A DNA stretch of 64,000 nucleotides, from the NCBI GenBank assembly GCA_903813345.2, contig CAIIXF020000001.1, forward strand, positions 6,944,001 to 7,008,000, given 5' to 3'. The translations under genes were made by a program, and so were the position numbers. Positions 1-12,500 of this stretch are shown one piece after another (the stretch's first letter is position 1; every line of letters starts with the position of its first letter). Under the pieces are notes generated by a model. That model saw nothing but the letters and a program-made list of their open reading frames with translations. It searched no databases and was not told where the DNA came from. The DNA comes from Owenia fusiformis. Its lineage: Eukaryota.

Positions 1-112
1 ATTGCTACATATCTGATCCCAGGAGTGTATTTTTCTGGCTGCGGTTCCATGTAAGCAGTCACGAGCTAAAATGTCACGGCACTTAGCCATTTCTAACCAT
101 GCAACATGTATA

Positions 113-1120
113 CTGTACATTGCTACACATTGCTACACTGTGTCAAGCACCTATACATAGGCTGGAAAGCGGGGTAAACGGGGTACATATCCTTACCTGT
201 ATACTCTACATTGCTACACTGTGAGGCAGCTTCTACACATACCATGGAGGTGGGGTAAGCGGGGTAAGCGGGGTGCATACCTTTACATGTATACTCTACA
301 TTGCTACACTGTGAGGCAGCTTCTACACATACCATGGAGGTGGGGTAAGCGGGGTAAGCGGGGTGCATACCTTTACATGTATACTCTACATTGCTACACA
401 TTGCTACACTGTGTCAAGCACCTATACATAGGCTGGAAAGCGGGGTAAGCGGGGTACATACCTTTACATGTATTCTCTACATTGCTACACTGTGAGGCAG
501 CTTCTACACATACCATGGAGGTGGGGTAAGCGGGGTAAGCGGGGTAAGCGGGGTGCATACCTTTACATGTATACTCTACATTGCTACACTGTGTCAAGCA
601 CCTATACATAGGCTGGAAAGCGGGGTAAGCGGGGTACATACCTTTACATGTATTCTCTACATTGCTACACTGTGAGGCAGCTTCTACACATACCATGGAG
701 GTGGGGTAAGCGGGGTAAGCGGGGTGCATACCTTTACATGTATACTCTACATTGCTACACTGTGTCCAGCACCTATACATAGGCTGGAAAGCGGGGTAAG
801 CGGGGTACATACCTTTACATGTATTCTCTACATTGCTACACTGTGAGGCAGCTTCTACACATGCCATGGAGGTGGGGTAAGCGGGGTAAGCGGGGTGCAT
901 ACCTTTACATGTATTCTCTACATTGCTACACTGTGAGACAGCTCCTACACATACCATGGGGTAAGCGGGGTAAGCGGGGTACATACCTTTACATGTTACA
1001 TAGAATATATTAGTTACTACATTGTTTCAAGCTCCTACATGTATACATAAACACTGTACATTGCTACACTGTGTCAGGCACCTATACATAACCTGGGAAG
1101 CGGGATTAACGGGGTACATA
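113..1120 (+). repeat. Minisatellite, two alternating ~80-90 bp unit types containing (GGGGTAAGC)2-4
   Basis: Directly visible tandem units; these generate the repetitive ORFs 123-401, 221-448 and 394-984. Confidence 0.95.
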
Positions 1121-3504
1121 TCCTTATGTATATCTTATCCATATTAAATGATTTGTTTACACAATGTTGCATTAGTTGTGTGGATGTACACTAAAAAACT
1201 TACATTTTTTGGTTTTGGTTTGACTCCCAAATAACTATATAAAGTATGGACATTTATTTAATTGGTTTTTAATAAATAATCCTGTCTGGTTGTGATATAG
1301 TCATTTCACAGATACATCTACATAAAGCCTTGCCTGTGTATTTGTAATAATAACTAGTAAAAAACATTTCTTGAATATTGGGTACTTACTAAAGTGAATG
1401 AAGCTTATGTGTAACTATGTTTATTAAGAATGGTAATAAATTTAATTGTTATGAAGAATGTTGATATTATTCTTATAAAATGCACCTTTTACCAATTTAT
1501 TCCTAGTAACCTTGCGTTGTGCGCCGTGCGTTAACATTTCATTGATTAAAAGTGCAGTTCATTTCCATTTTTTATTTTTACCAGAATGACGTTAAAAACT
1601 GACACATCTTGAATATTAATTAATTTAATTTATTAAATTTTGTTGGTGAGGACGTATTTATTGTTATGTTCATAATGGGAGCCAGGACTCGTATAGATGG
1701 CAGTTAACTACTAGGTTGTTCTCTACAACTAGCCCATTGGTTTATGTGTAAATATTGCTGTTTTGAAACTTCAAATTCTCTGCATATATCAAATAAATAT
1801 CATATTTTCCTTCATCATTATTTTAATTTACAAACATGTTTTAAGATTCACAATTAGAAGTTTTGGATATTTTCAATAAAATTTATCTGTGTCAATATCT
1901 ATCTATCTACCTGTTATTTAATTCGTAAATACTTTAAAACACTAGAGAGATTTCGCACATAAGTGAAAGTACAACTTATACGTATACGTATACTTTAAAG
2001 GGTCATGTCGAACTATTATATTTACTAAAATCAATTTCAAATTGTACTTAATGGAACATAACTATTCCCGATATAGAAAAGCTCCATCAACTAGAAACTG
2101 TGAATGCACGTGTAGATTATGCACATTATACTTAAATGCTTACTTCCGTGTCCTAGTAGTTGTAGTGTATTATAAACACGATCTTTTAAAGTGAGTCATG
2201 ACATAAACAAGTTGATTATTTCAAAGTTTTCATGATCAGTATAAGTTCAATGAACTTACAAAACCAACGGTATATATACGAGATGATCAACGTATACAGT
2301 TGGATCTCCGTATAAAGCTTTACCTGCATGTGTGTGGAACAATTGACCGCAAGCATTTTTTAAAAACAATTGGCTGAGTAGGAACAGTATCCAATCAAAT
2401 ACTTAAACCATCAATTTGAAACACCAATCAAACTAGTAGGTTCTAGCCTGGAAACGACCCATTCAGTAGCTCAACAAATGACATACAGGGTGTTTCATAA
2501 CGAGCATCTCAAAAAGTCAATTTGATAAGAGATAGGTCTATAACATACGTACTATATATGAGCCTATTTTATTCTAGACAAACACATTTGGATCAACTAA
2601 ACATGCTACAATTCAAGAAAGAACAAATGGCATCCCTTTGACCTTTATTTATTACAGTCCGAGAAGATCTTTCCTGACGAAAAGCCCACATAATGAACAC
2701 CTTGTACGTTTGGTTATAAGTATAAGTATACGTTATAAGTTGTACTTTCACGCCGTGCGAAATCTCTCTACTAATGTAAAGTTCAAACGTATAATGTAAG
2801 TTAATCATCCACTCAAAATCTAAATTAATGAGTAGAGCAATATTACAGTAGCGACTGAACCTATTTTCAGCGTGGCGTTTTACATAATGTTACACAATAT
2901 TTCCAAATGTTAATTTCGACTTATTATGTGCTCTGTCATGGGACTAAACTGTTGAATGTTTCTGTAGAAGACATCGTAGTTCAAATATCAGTAGATCATT
3001 CGCACATTCGTGTATCTGGAGAGTGCAACTTGTCAAGTGGACATTATGTACAGAGCAGATGTATGTAATCGAGGGACCATAAAAGTATGTCATTAAATCA
3101 TTGAATGAAAATAGTGTAATAACTGAGACCACCGTTACCCAACAATTATAGTGATCAGTCGCCTATTAGTAGCATTAAGCTATTATTAAAAATGCGTATA
3201 AGTGATCCTCGTGTTATAACAAGTGATCATGATATTAAATTTTCCCAATACACATTTCGAACATGTACTAACTTAAGATGGTATTTTGAAATTTGCAAAG
3301 TATGGATAATTTATATTTTGAAAACAAAATTCAATATGTTAAAGTTCATCCTCCTATCTCAGCTGCACATCTTCTTTGCTAACTTTATACATGATCACGG
3401 GGCGATGCGCGCCATATGTCTAGTGTAAACCATCGTCCACGAGGCAATAATAGTGAAAATGGCAAAGTCTACCACAATATCAAACGTTTAAAGGCAATTG
3501 TATT

Positions 3505-4840
3505 TTAAGAATTTCGTTTACACACTTTGGAATATAGTATAAATTCATTTTTGTCTATATTTGTGACAACACGTTTTACTTGTTTTATGTTCATTTTCGT
3601 AATCGAATCATTTGCCATTCTTCTTTTATTAATTGCGTCGATGCACTTACAGTATATATCATAAACCCTATTCACGTCTACCGTTTCTTTACCCTTTCTC
3701 TTTATTAGCAATCTGTATATCACGGCAATAAGATAAAATTGGAATTTATCCGTCGGCCCAGTATTAATTTCTTGCAAATTGTTCGACAAATATTCGAAAG
3801 ATGTTACATGTTTCTTGCTGGCTTTTGTTAGTCTCCTTCTAGTTTTTTTCACATTTAATTCCTTTTTTGGTTTAGCCTACCATTGTTACAATTTTTTGAA
3901 GGGCAAGCACACGATTGTTGACATTTAGCATTTTTTGAAGAACATGGGCATCTTCTACCTACACAGCATAAGATTTCTTTTCCACTTCTTAATCGGTTGA
4001 CACCACACCTACAACCTTTTTTACTACCTCGATATTTCTTAGTTACAGAGCGTGCCAAAGAATTTGCGTTTCTTTGAATCAAACTGTCATAATGACCTGC
4101 TGAGCCCGCATTACTTAAGGAAACGCTGATAATAGTTTCATTATCAACCGGTGAAGAAAGCGTCGGGGTTATTATTTCTATTGCGTTTTCATTGTCTGTA
4201 ATTACCACTATCGGCATACTAAAAACATTTGCTGCAGCAAAGGGCAAACAGTTCCCCAAATTAGAATCATAAAATGAATTTTGTAAAAAAGCAGTGGCCT
4301 CAGTTATTACACTATTTTCATTGTCCGCGTTTAAGAATATTTGGTACGTCTCCGGATGCATCATCCACTATGGCGGATCAAAGTTGAAATTATTTTCATT
4401 TCCATTGCACTTGTGAATCCCAAAGAATTTAGATGATCTTGAATATGTGATTCACCCTGCTCAAGTAACAATTTAATAATATTTGCGATCGCATGATGAA
4501 AACAATTTCCATCTCCCTGAACACGTATACGTTCAAACCCAAAGGCTTTTATATTATTTGATAGCCTGTTTTCATCATGGTTTCTTGAATTAGCAGATCT
4601 TGACAATTTCAAAAATTCTGTATCTATCAAGGGTAATGATTCAATGTCAAAAACGTCAACCAAATCTCCGAATTTTTTTATTTGTTTCGCCAATGAATGA
4701 AAATGTGTTGCCCTTTGTAATAATTCTTGAAGGTTAATGCTACTGTAATCGTGCTCTTGATGTAAATCTTTTTCCGAAGAATAATTATTTCCCGACGATA
4801 CATTAAAAAATATTCCTGTTTTTGATCGACATGTTTGAGA
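3505..4840 (-). pseudogene. Frameshifted C-terminal part of a transposon-borne protein: OTU-like cysteine protease domain, Cys-rich (CXC-like) cluster and helical tail
   Basis: RVQGDGNCFHHAIA (OTU D-x-x-C) in ORF 4361-4693; AGHYDSL (OTU His motif) and CRCG...CCVGRRCPC...CQQSCACPSKNCNN in ORF 3855-4364; ORF 3505-3852 continues after a shift in an A-run. Three abutting ORFs in different frames. Confidence 0.75.
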
Positions 4841-5014
4841 CGGACCCTAATTTCAATTTGAAAATTCGCCAATTTCCCTTGGAGTTTACTTAAATGCCTT
4901 GGGTAACGAATGTACAATTGTATACAGATATATACTATATGTCTATTTGAAAAAACATTTTAGAATTTTTTTCACTTTTTAACAAAATCTATTTCACACT
5001 TAAGTGGCTTTGAG

Positions 5015-6066
5015 TGTGAAGTGTATGGGAGATATGTAAATACATGTGAAGTATGTACCCCGATTACCCCGCCAGCCACGGTACGTATAGTAGGATGAAG
5101 TGTATGGTAGATGGGTGAATACATGTGAGAGTATCTACCCCGTTTACCCCACCAACCACGGTACGTAATATAGTAGGATGAAGTGTATAGGAGATATGTA
5201 AATACATGTGAAGTATGTACCCCGTTAACCCCGCCAGCCACGGTACGTATAGTAGGATGAAGTGTATGGGAGATGGGTAAATACATGTGAGAGTATCTAC
5301 CCCGTTTACCCCACCAACCACGGTACGTAATATAGTAGGATGAAGTGTATAGGAGATATGTAAATACATGTGAAGTATGTACCCCGTTTACCCCGCCAGC
5401 CACGGTACGTATAGTAGGATGAAGTGTATAGGAGATATGTAAATACATGTGAAGTATGTACCCCGTTTACCCCGCCAGCCACGGTACGTATAGTAGGATG
5501 AAGTGTATAGGAGATATGTAAATACATGTGAAGTATGTACCCCGTTTACCCCGCCAGCCACGGTACGTATAGTAGGATGAAGTGTATAGGAGATATGTAA
5601 ATACATGTCAGAGTATCTACCCCGTTTACCCCGCCAACCACGGTACTTACATGACTTATAGTAGGATGAAGTGTATAGGAGATATGTAAATACATGTGAA
5701 GTATGTACCCCGTTTACCCCGCCAGCCACGATACGTATAGTAGGATGAAGTGTATAGGAGATATGTAATTACATGTGAGAGTATCTACCCCGTTCACCCC
5801 GCCAACCACGTTACTTACATGACTTATAGTAGGATGAAGTGTATAGGAGATATGTAAATACATGTGAAGTATGTACCCCGTTTACCCCGCCAGCCACGGT
5901 ACGTATAGTAGGATGAAGTGTATAGGAGATATGTAAATACATGTCAGAGTATCTACCCCGTTTACCCCGCCAACCACGGTACGTAATATAGTAGGATGAA
6001 GTGTATAGGAGATATGTAAATGCATGAGTATGTACCCCCGTTTCCCCGTACCCCCGTTTACCCCAC
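5015..6066 (-). repeat. Minisatellite, ~79-90 bp units with ACCCCGTTTACCCC core (inverted relative of the 113-1120 array)
   Basis: Directly visible tandem units; these generate ORFs 4972-5729. Confidence 0.95.
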
Positions 6067-6771
6067 CAATCTGTGCGAAGATGTGAAACAGGGGAATTAG
6101 GGCGAATTAGTAAGTACTACGTGCACGTGTAGAGGAGAATACACAGGCAAAACGGATGTGGGCGAGATTCGCGCATGTAAGGGAGTTAGTACTACGTATA
6201 CAGGTACGTGCGCACGTGTGGAGGAGATTTCACAGGCATAACTGATGTGGACGAGATTTGATGAATTTTCGTGACTGCTTGCATCGGTCACGATGTGTAT
6301 AGGTACCTGACACATGTTGGACATTGAGCTTAGAGACAAATGGTGTGTCATAGTGTTCGTGGAATTACACAAGAGGAAACTACATATGAACACGGACCTG
6401 AAGAAAGTCCGTGATATGAATTGATGTGGCTTGCATGTGAAATGTAGAAATAAAGTTTGAGTGTATGTAATGAGAATTCCCAAATTTGTAGTGGACACAA
6501 GGAGAATTTCCATGGGTGTCCTAAATGGGAAAATGCTCTAAGTGTCGTGACTGCTTACATAGAACCTCTACCATTTTTCTTATTGCAGCAGTTTGATTCT
6601 ATCGTGACAAACTCTGGCAGGTTATCCCGACCCGTGCCAGGACTATAGACTATAGTCCTGGCACGAGATAACTGGCAGGTACAGAGGTAGCAGGGGCGTA
6701 GGAATATTTATACATGCACTGTAGCCTAGCCTAGAAACGTCATGTGGTAATACCTTATCCAGTTCAGTTAA

Positions 6772-7185
6772 GGACAGGGTGCATGTTGGGAAATTTTCTG
6801 CATTGCTCAATTGAGTCACATGTTATTTTTCAAACATGAATAACTCCTTCCCCACATTGTCTACATCTTCCAAGTTTGCACAAAGAGTGCACTTATGTGC
6901 CTAGAAAAGCCTTGTGAGAAGGTTTGTTTTGTAAAATGTATAAAAAATGAGAAAATTCAGTGAAAAAAATTTCTGAAAATTTTCTGATTTTTTTCACTGA
7001 ATTTTCTTGTTTTTTATACACTTTATCAAAACATTCTTCTCACAAGTCTTTTCTAGGCACATAAGTGCACTCTTTGTGCAAAACTGGAAGATATAGACAA
7101 TGAAGGGAAGGAGTGATTCTTGTTTGAAAAATAACATGTGACTCAATTGAGGAATGTAGAAAATTTCCCATCATGCACCCTGACC
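6772..7185. mobile_element. Fully palindromic MITE with TTAA target duplication (Kolobok-like)
   Basis: TTAA|GGACAGGGTGCATG ... CATGCACCCTGACC|TTAA; the two ~200-bp halves are reverse complements. Confidence 0.85.
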
Positions 7186-7261
7186 TTAAATCTTCTCAGT
7201 GTCAAACCTAAGCTCAGTTGCATTTTTGCAATAGGTCTGTGGTAAATTTTTAATTTAGAAT

Positions 7262-7480
7262 GTCCCAAATGCACAGCAACAAGACTGCACTACTGGTAAA
7301 GAAAGGCGACGGTGGGGGGGGGGTTTACATGGACCAACCAGGGGAGTTTCCTCACTTCAATTTTAAAATGAGTTGTAACCATGCAAAGCATAGATCTATT
7401 CAGTTTTAATGTTAAGGTTTAAATCATATTCTATTCAAATTTATATATATGCTTTAGGGCTTATTAACTTAGCTTATTGC
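7262..7480 (+). repeat. Dispersed repeat, shared with 29603-30130
   Basis: tgcacagcaacaag(a/c)ctgcactactggtaaaga and ttcaattttaaaatgagttgtaa occur at both loci. Confidence 0.8.
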
Positions 7481-7505
7481 AGATTGGTGTGAGACTGTAG
7501 ATGTA

Positions 7506-8023
7506 GGGGACAGCGGGGTAGGAGGGCCATGGGGCAAGACGGACCAGCAAGTTTATCGTTTTATTGTTTTAAAATATATATCGCCTGATATTATTCTGAC
7601 ATGGGAACATCAGCCGACCTCACTCGCCGTTTATTTTGCTTCATTTAGGCGCCAGATTCAATCGGCGGCACTTTCCCCAAAACTGATTTAAAAGTGGCCC
7701 TTTTTGCCCCACTTCTGTAAGACTTTGGTAAAACCTACAATTCAAAGAAGGTTTCTGATACGGAAAGACCCTTCTTGCCTCACGAGGGCCCTTCTTGCCC
7801 CGGCCATGACACACAAAATCATTTTTTCGAAAAGTGAGGGGCATATTCAAAAATTTATTTCAAAATCAATACCATCGTATCTCAGAGAACCAATGTTCCT
7901 TGTTTCATTAAACATGGGTTCAGCGGACGGAAACCCTAGCAAAATATCTTTACTAACAAAATATCTTTACAAGCTGTTAAATTGACTGCTCTTACTGGGT
8001 GTCCGTCTTGCCCCGCTGTCCCC
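7506..8023. mobile_element. MITE with TA target duplication (Tc1/mariner/pogo-like)
   Basis: TA|GGGGACAGCGGGG ... CCCCGCTGTCCCC|TA. Confidence 0.8.
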
Positions 8024-9336
8024 TAGATAGTAAGCTAGATACCATTCTTATGTGCTTATAATCCGGGTTATAATCACGGACGGGATTAGCGGTGAACTGA
8101 GCATTCTGGAGAACTTGGATATATATTAATGTAAATTCAATTGAATTCATTCAAATGAATTGAATATATCCAAGTCTGTCGACGGGGGTAACTGCCCAAG
8201 TATTGACAATAATGTTACCCCCGAAGGAGATTTTTCCTCACATCAAGTCTGCTATATCTGTGATTTTCGGTGTTTTCTCTTGTCCTGTTATTTTCTAATT
8301 TCTGGGCAATGCCACTGATCTTCATCCGGTTGAAAACCTTTCACAATGTTGAAGGTTCGAATAAGGCCGCCCCTTGTTCTATTGAAACCGATTTCATTCA
8401 AAGGCGACGGATACTTTACCTTGTATTCGCGAATGCAACTTTCGGCTGTCGGCTACCGGATTAACCTACTATTTTACTACTATTCTAGTCTTGCTCAAAT
8501 TGCCATGTGTATATCGCAAAAGAATGAAACAACTGTTTCATTTATATAGAATTCTATAGTGCAAAAGTAAGCTTCTCACAAATAGGTTAAAATGTTGAGG
8601 ATGGAGGTTTGAATGATTGAACCAACGCTGTTTGAACAATCCGGATGCAAAAACTTCTTAGAATTGGCTTTTGGCAAGAAACTGCTTTAAAAATTATCAA
8701 CGTAAAATCAAAAAATGAGCTTTTCATGTATGATTCAAAATCACTTAAAAAACCGAGGAAAAAATGTCGAATAATTTCTGAAAAGATTTTGGTCATGTTT
8801 TAAGAATGTACACAGAAAAAAAGAAAGAGCTCGAAGCCAAACATAATACCGAAATGAGAGCTGAACAAGCTATGGGGGAAACATACCAAAAATGAAAATG
8901 TTCAACATACAAAATACAAAGGGTAACAATAAAGTATTGTACTGCAAGATGCATTTCAAAATTCAAATAGACTTCTTACGCTATTAGAATTCAATAACAA
9001 ATTCCACACTTAAAAACACTATTCCAAAATCTTGGATAAGAGATGTTATGGAGAATACTCAAAACATAAATGATTATGAGAGAAACAAAAAAGCACATAA
9101 AAAGTTTCTTACTCAGTCAAAGATTAGTAGCCTAAAGAAGTCGATATGTAATTGTACAACTATATCATCATTTTCTAGTCAAAATACTGGCCCTAAAAAT
9201 TGTTGAGCAGCAGCAGTAAAACGTTCTGTGTCACTGGCATCGAAGAAACGGGCGTCAACATGGATCGGACGTTTGCATAATTTACTCTTGTAATCACTGG
9301 TGATCTAGGATGATCTGGTGATCTTCATCCTAGCAG

Positions 9337-9922
9337 GTGATCCACTCGATTACGCTGGTTACCGAAACGGTTCGTTGTCGGAACATCGAAGCTACAATTT
9401 TTCTTTTTTCCCTTATTTCACACCTTGTAGGCAGAATTCTCACGACATTTTTAATAGAAACGTATACATCAGTAAACAGTATGTTTAAGAAAATGTACAC
9501 ATTTGCGAACAAATAGTTCAGAGGACAACAGAATCGTCGATTTAATTCCTCTACAGAATACCCTTTGCATTCGTTCGACTTCCCTTCTTAAAAGAGAGCT
9601 TCGTCTTCGGTAGTTTATGACTAGACTCTGCACGCAGGGTAGTTACATGGTATTTCGAAAAACAGTTAAGATCTGCACTTCAACCCAAACCGTTTCTGTA
9701 ACTTAAGTGAGGAATTAAATCGACGATTCTGTTGTCTTCTGAGTTATTTTTTCGCAAACATGTACCTTTTCTATAACAAATGATACTGATGTACTTTTGT
9801 GAGAAAAAACGTCGTGGGGATTCTGCCTACAACGCGTGAAATAGGGGGAAAAGAAAAATCGTATTTTCGACCGGTTCCGACATTTTGTTACCGAAACGAA
9901 CCAGCGTAATCAAGCGGATCAC
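9337..9922. mobile_element. Diverged inverted-repeat element (~210-bp arms) with a small TACCCT...AGGGTA insert in its loop
   Basis: 9337-9551 pairs with ~9709-9922 (e.g. acaacagaatcgtcgatttaattcctc / gaggaattaaatcgacgattctgttgt). 9559-9641 matches both ends of the element at 24131-24470. Confidence 0.75.
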
Positions 9923-11159
9923 CAGTGTGTTACTTGCGTTCTCTTGTCAGGATCAAAGGTGACTAACCATTTAGCACACCATCGGAAATATATTATTCGA
10001 AAGCCTTTTAGAGGTCACAAATATCTTTTAATAACCGATAATTCACACCAATGCATAGTATTCATCTTCTTCATAAACTCATGCATGCATGAAAATGGTT
10101 CAGAGAATTTTATTTCTAATTAGTAATAGAAACCAATGGTACAATAATGTCTGAAACATAATATATTCTTCATTTTAACCTGGTTAGACAATCGATATCA
10201 ACATTGGTTTATTTTTAAAGTCAAAAAGTTTTTGCTACCTGAGTGTCGTTAGTTGTTACGATGGCACCAGTTAGGTTGCAAAATATTTTTGATATGCTAA
10301 AACATTCAAGTGGCAAATTAAGATATATTTTATCACTGAAATAATGTGTCCGTTGTTCAATCTTTGCATTTGTGTCAAAAATATAATGTTTTTGAACTAT
10401 TTAGTGGAATATTCGATGATCAAAATTTTCATTTTTGAAAAATGGCGGGAAATTTAAATATTTGATAAATGAAAAGCTAACGACTCTTTTTCAAAATTAC
10501 TTTTTTTCAAAAACCTCTAAAATAACTTTTAAAGTCCCAAATAGTAAATGAATGATAAAAACATATTTTCAAACTTTACATGGGGACTTTACACACATTT
10601 TAATCACGACTTAAAACAGTACTATACTCTTTGGGTTCCTTGTTTTTCCTCTTTTAATTTTTATGACCTAGAAACTGACCTTCATGTCTGTATCATTAAC
10701 CTCTGAAGCCAGGACAATGCCAAATAAGAACTATTGTCGAATCATAAGAAAGGTTTGAAGTGTTAAGAGGAGAGGGAGTTATACTGGAATGAAACAAGAA
10801 AAATGTACTGTTTCCACCCAGGGAATTCTCATTAAGCAATGTATACAGTTTTGAGTATATATTATTTTACCACTATACTAGTAAGACCTTATTTGAAGCA
10901 GCTGCCATCTATTCTATTCAGAACTTCTCAAAGCTCAGTTAGCATTTCAAAATGCAATTATTAGGCCAACCAGACATAAGATATTTTTTGTCTAACAATG
11001 CAGTGTATGTTTTTCCAGGCTTAAATATTTTTTCTGTAAAAGAAAGCAAATGGTCTAGTACTGTTCCTATCAGCAACTCAGCAAATTACAAACAAACAAG
11101 CAAACATATTTCTGTTTCAGTCACTTTATTGCACTGATAGGTAACAATGCACATCTCTA

Positions 11160-11800
11160 TAATAACCAGATCATCATTACAATACAATAAAATAGAACAA
11201 TAACCAGGTTATCATCAACATAATATAGTAAAATGGTCATAATTACAACAATATAGCACAGTTTACAGGCATCATGACAATAACAAAGTACAACAACCTG
11301 GTAACCAATGCAATAATGTCATACATTATTAAACCAGGCTGTTATTGTAATAGTGTAGTACAATAACTAAGTCAGTCTCTTTATAATCATGTAATACAAC
11401 AATCAAGAAATCTTTACATATATATCGTACAATAACTTGTCATTATTACAGTAATGCAGAGAAATGACTCAATCATTAACACAATAATGTGGCCCAATAA
11501 CAAAGTCATTTTTACAATGATATAGTACAATAACCACACCATTTTACCATAATGTAGAACAATAACCATGGCATCCTTACATTGATGCAGTACAATAACT
11601 AGGTCATATTTACAATAATGTAACACAATAACCTGGTCATCATTACAATAATGTAGTTCAATAACCACGTCATCATTACATTGATGCAGTACAATAACTA
11701 GGTCACATTTACAATAATGTAACACAATAACCCAGTCATCTTTACAGGAATGTACTACAATAACCTGGTCATCATTACAATAGCGTAGAACAATAATAAA
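11160..11800. repeat. Degenerate ~39-bp minisatellite
   Basis: Recurring acaataacctggtcatcattacaataatgt-like unit; source of ORF 11414-11803. Confidence 0.85.
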
Positions 11801-11888
11801 CAAAATAAAATTTTGTCTCTATAGAAGTTGATAGTAAAATAATTTTCTCAAATGTTGTCCTACTACATTTCTTGACTTAAAGGAATGT

Positions 11889-12038
11889 CATACTCAAATG
11901 CAGTAGACTCATACTCAAATGCAGTAGACTCATACTCAAATGCAGTAGACTCATACTCAAATGCAGTAGATTCATACTCAAATGCAGTAGACTCACACTC
12001 AAATGCAGTAGACTTACACTCAAATGCAGTAGACTCAC
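11889..12038. repeat. 21-bp tandem repeat (catactcaaatgcagtagact), ~7 copies
   Basis: Directly visible. Confidence 0.95.
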
Positions 12039-12105
12039 TAAAATCACTTTGATTTAATGTCATTCAGAAATTATTTTATGTTTTTGTTTGTTTTCAAAAG
12101 AAAAC

Positions 12106-12500
12106 AAAGGACGATTCTCGGTTTGGAGAACAGTCTCCTGGGCTAATAATTTTTTTCATGAAAAATATAGAAATATTACCCAAATTAAACTATGAATATT
12201 CAAAAGAGGACATTTAAATCTACAAGATGTAAAAATAACAAATTGGTCTGAAGCAGGGATAATGCTCAATTAGACTGATTCAATAAAATACAAGTCTTGA
12301 TTTTGGGGAAAGAAGTTCATCAGTGTACTGCGCTAATATTTTTTTGCGAAAAATCTAAAAATATTACCCAAATTAAATTATGACTATTCAAAAGAAGACA
12401 TTCAAATCTATATTATGTGAAAAAATCAAATTTGTCCGAAGCAGGGATAATGCTCATTTAGATTGAAGAACTTCGTTCTCCAAACCGAGAATCGTCCTTT
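12106..12500. mobile_element. MITE with 26-bp TIR and internal direct duplication
   Basis: aaaggacgattctcggtttggagaac ... gttctccaaaccgagaatcgtccttt; ~12170-12280 is repeated at ~12358-12465. No clear TSD. Confidence 0.75.

Larger units (their letters stand above)
1..6645 (-). mobile_element. Large TIR DNA transposon (left end outside window) with inverted subterminal minisatellite arms and a decayed OTU/Cys-cluster ORF; superfamily unresolved (TAG...CTA end is Academ-like)
   Basis: 41-64 (gcggttccatgtaagcagtcacga) is the near reverse complement of ~6545-6568 (tcgtgactgcttacatagaacctc). The arrays at ~113-1120 and ~5015-6066 share a GGGGTAARCGGGGTRCATAC core in opposite orientation. The putative right end reads ...cgtgccaggaCTA at 6645. 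Confidence 0.65.

Noticed and set aside
123-1013. Repetitive ORFs (HPAYPAYP...)
   Set aside because: Translations of a minisatellite, open on both strands, with no splice or domain evidence.
4678-4917. 79-aa ORF as part of the OTU protein
   Set aside because: The frame of ORF 4361-4693 stays open upstream to ~4840 and overlaps it, so this ORF is probably an off-frame shadow.
5015-6066. CRISPR-like appearance (conserved ACCCCGTTTACCCC core with intervening sequence), also at 113-1120 and 32933-35340
   Set aside because: The intervening segments are themselves repeated rather than unique spacers, there are no cas genes, and the context is eukaryotic.
8040-9330. Possible decayed coding or transposon sequence
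   Set aside because: No recognisable motif, termini or consistent reading frame.
11414-12063. Cys/His-rich ORF and (ESTAFEY)n ORF
   Set aside because: Products of 39-bp and 21-bp tandem repeats whose unit length is a multiple of 3.
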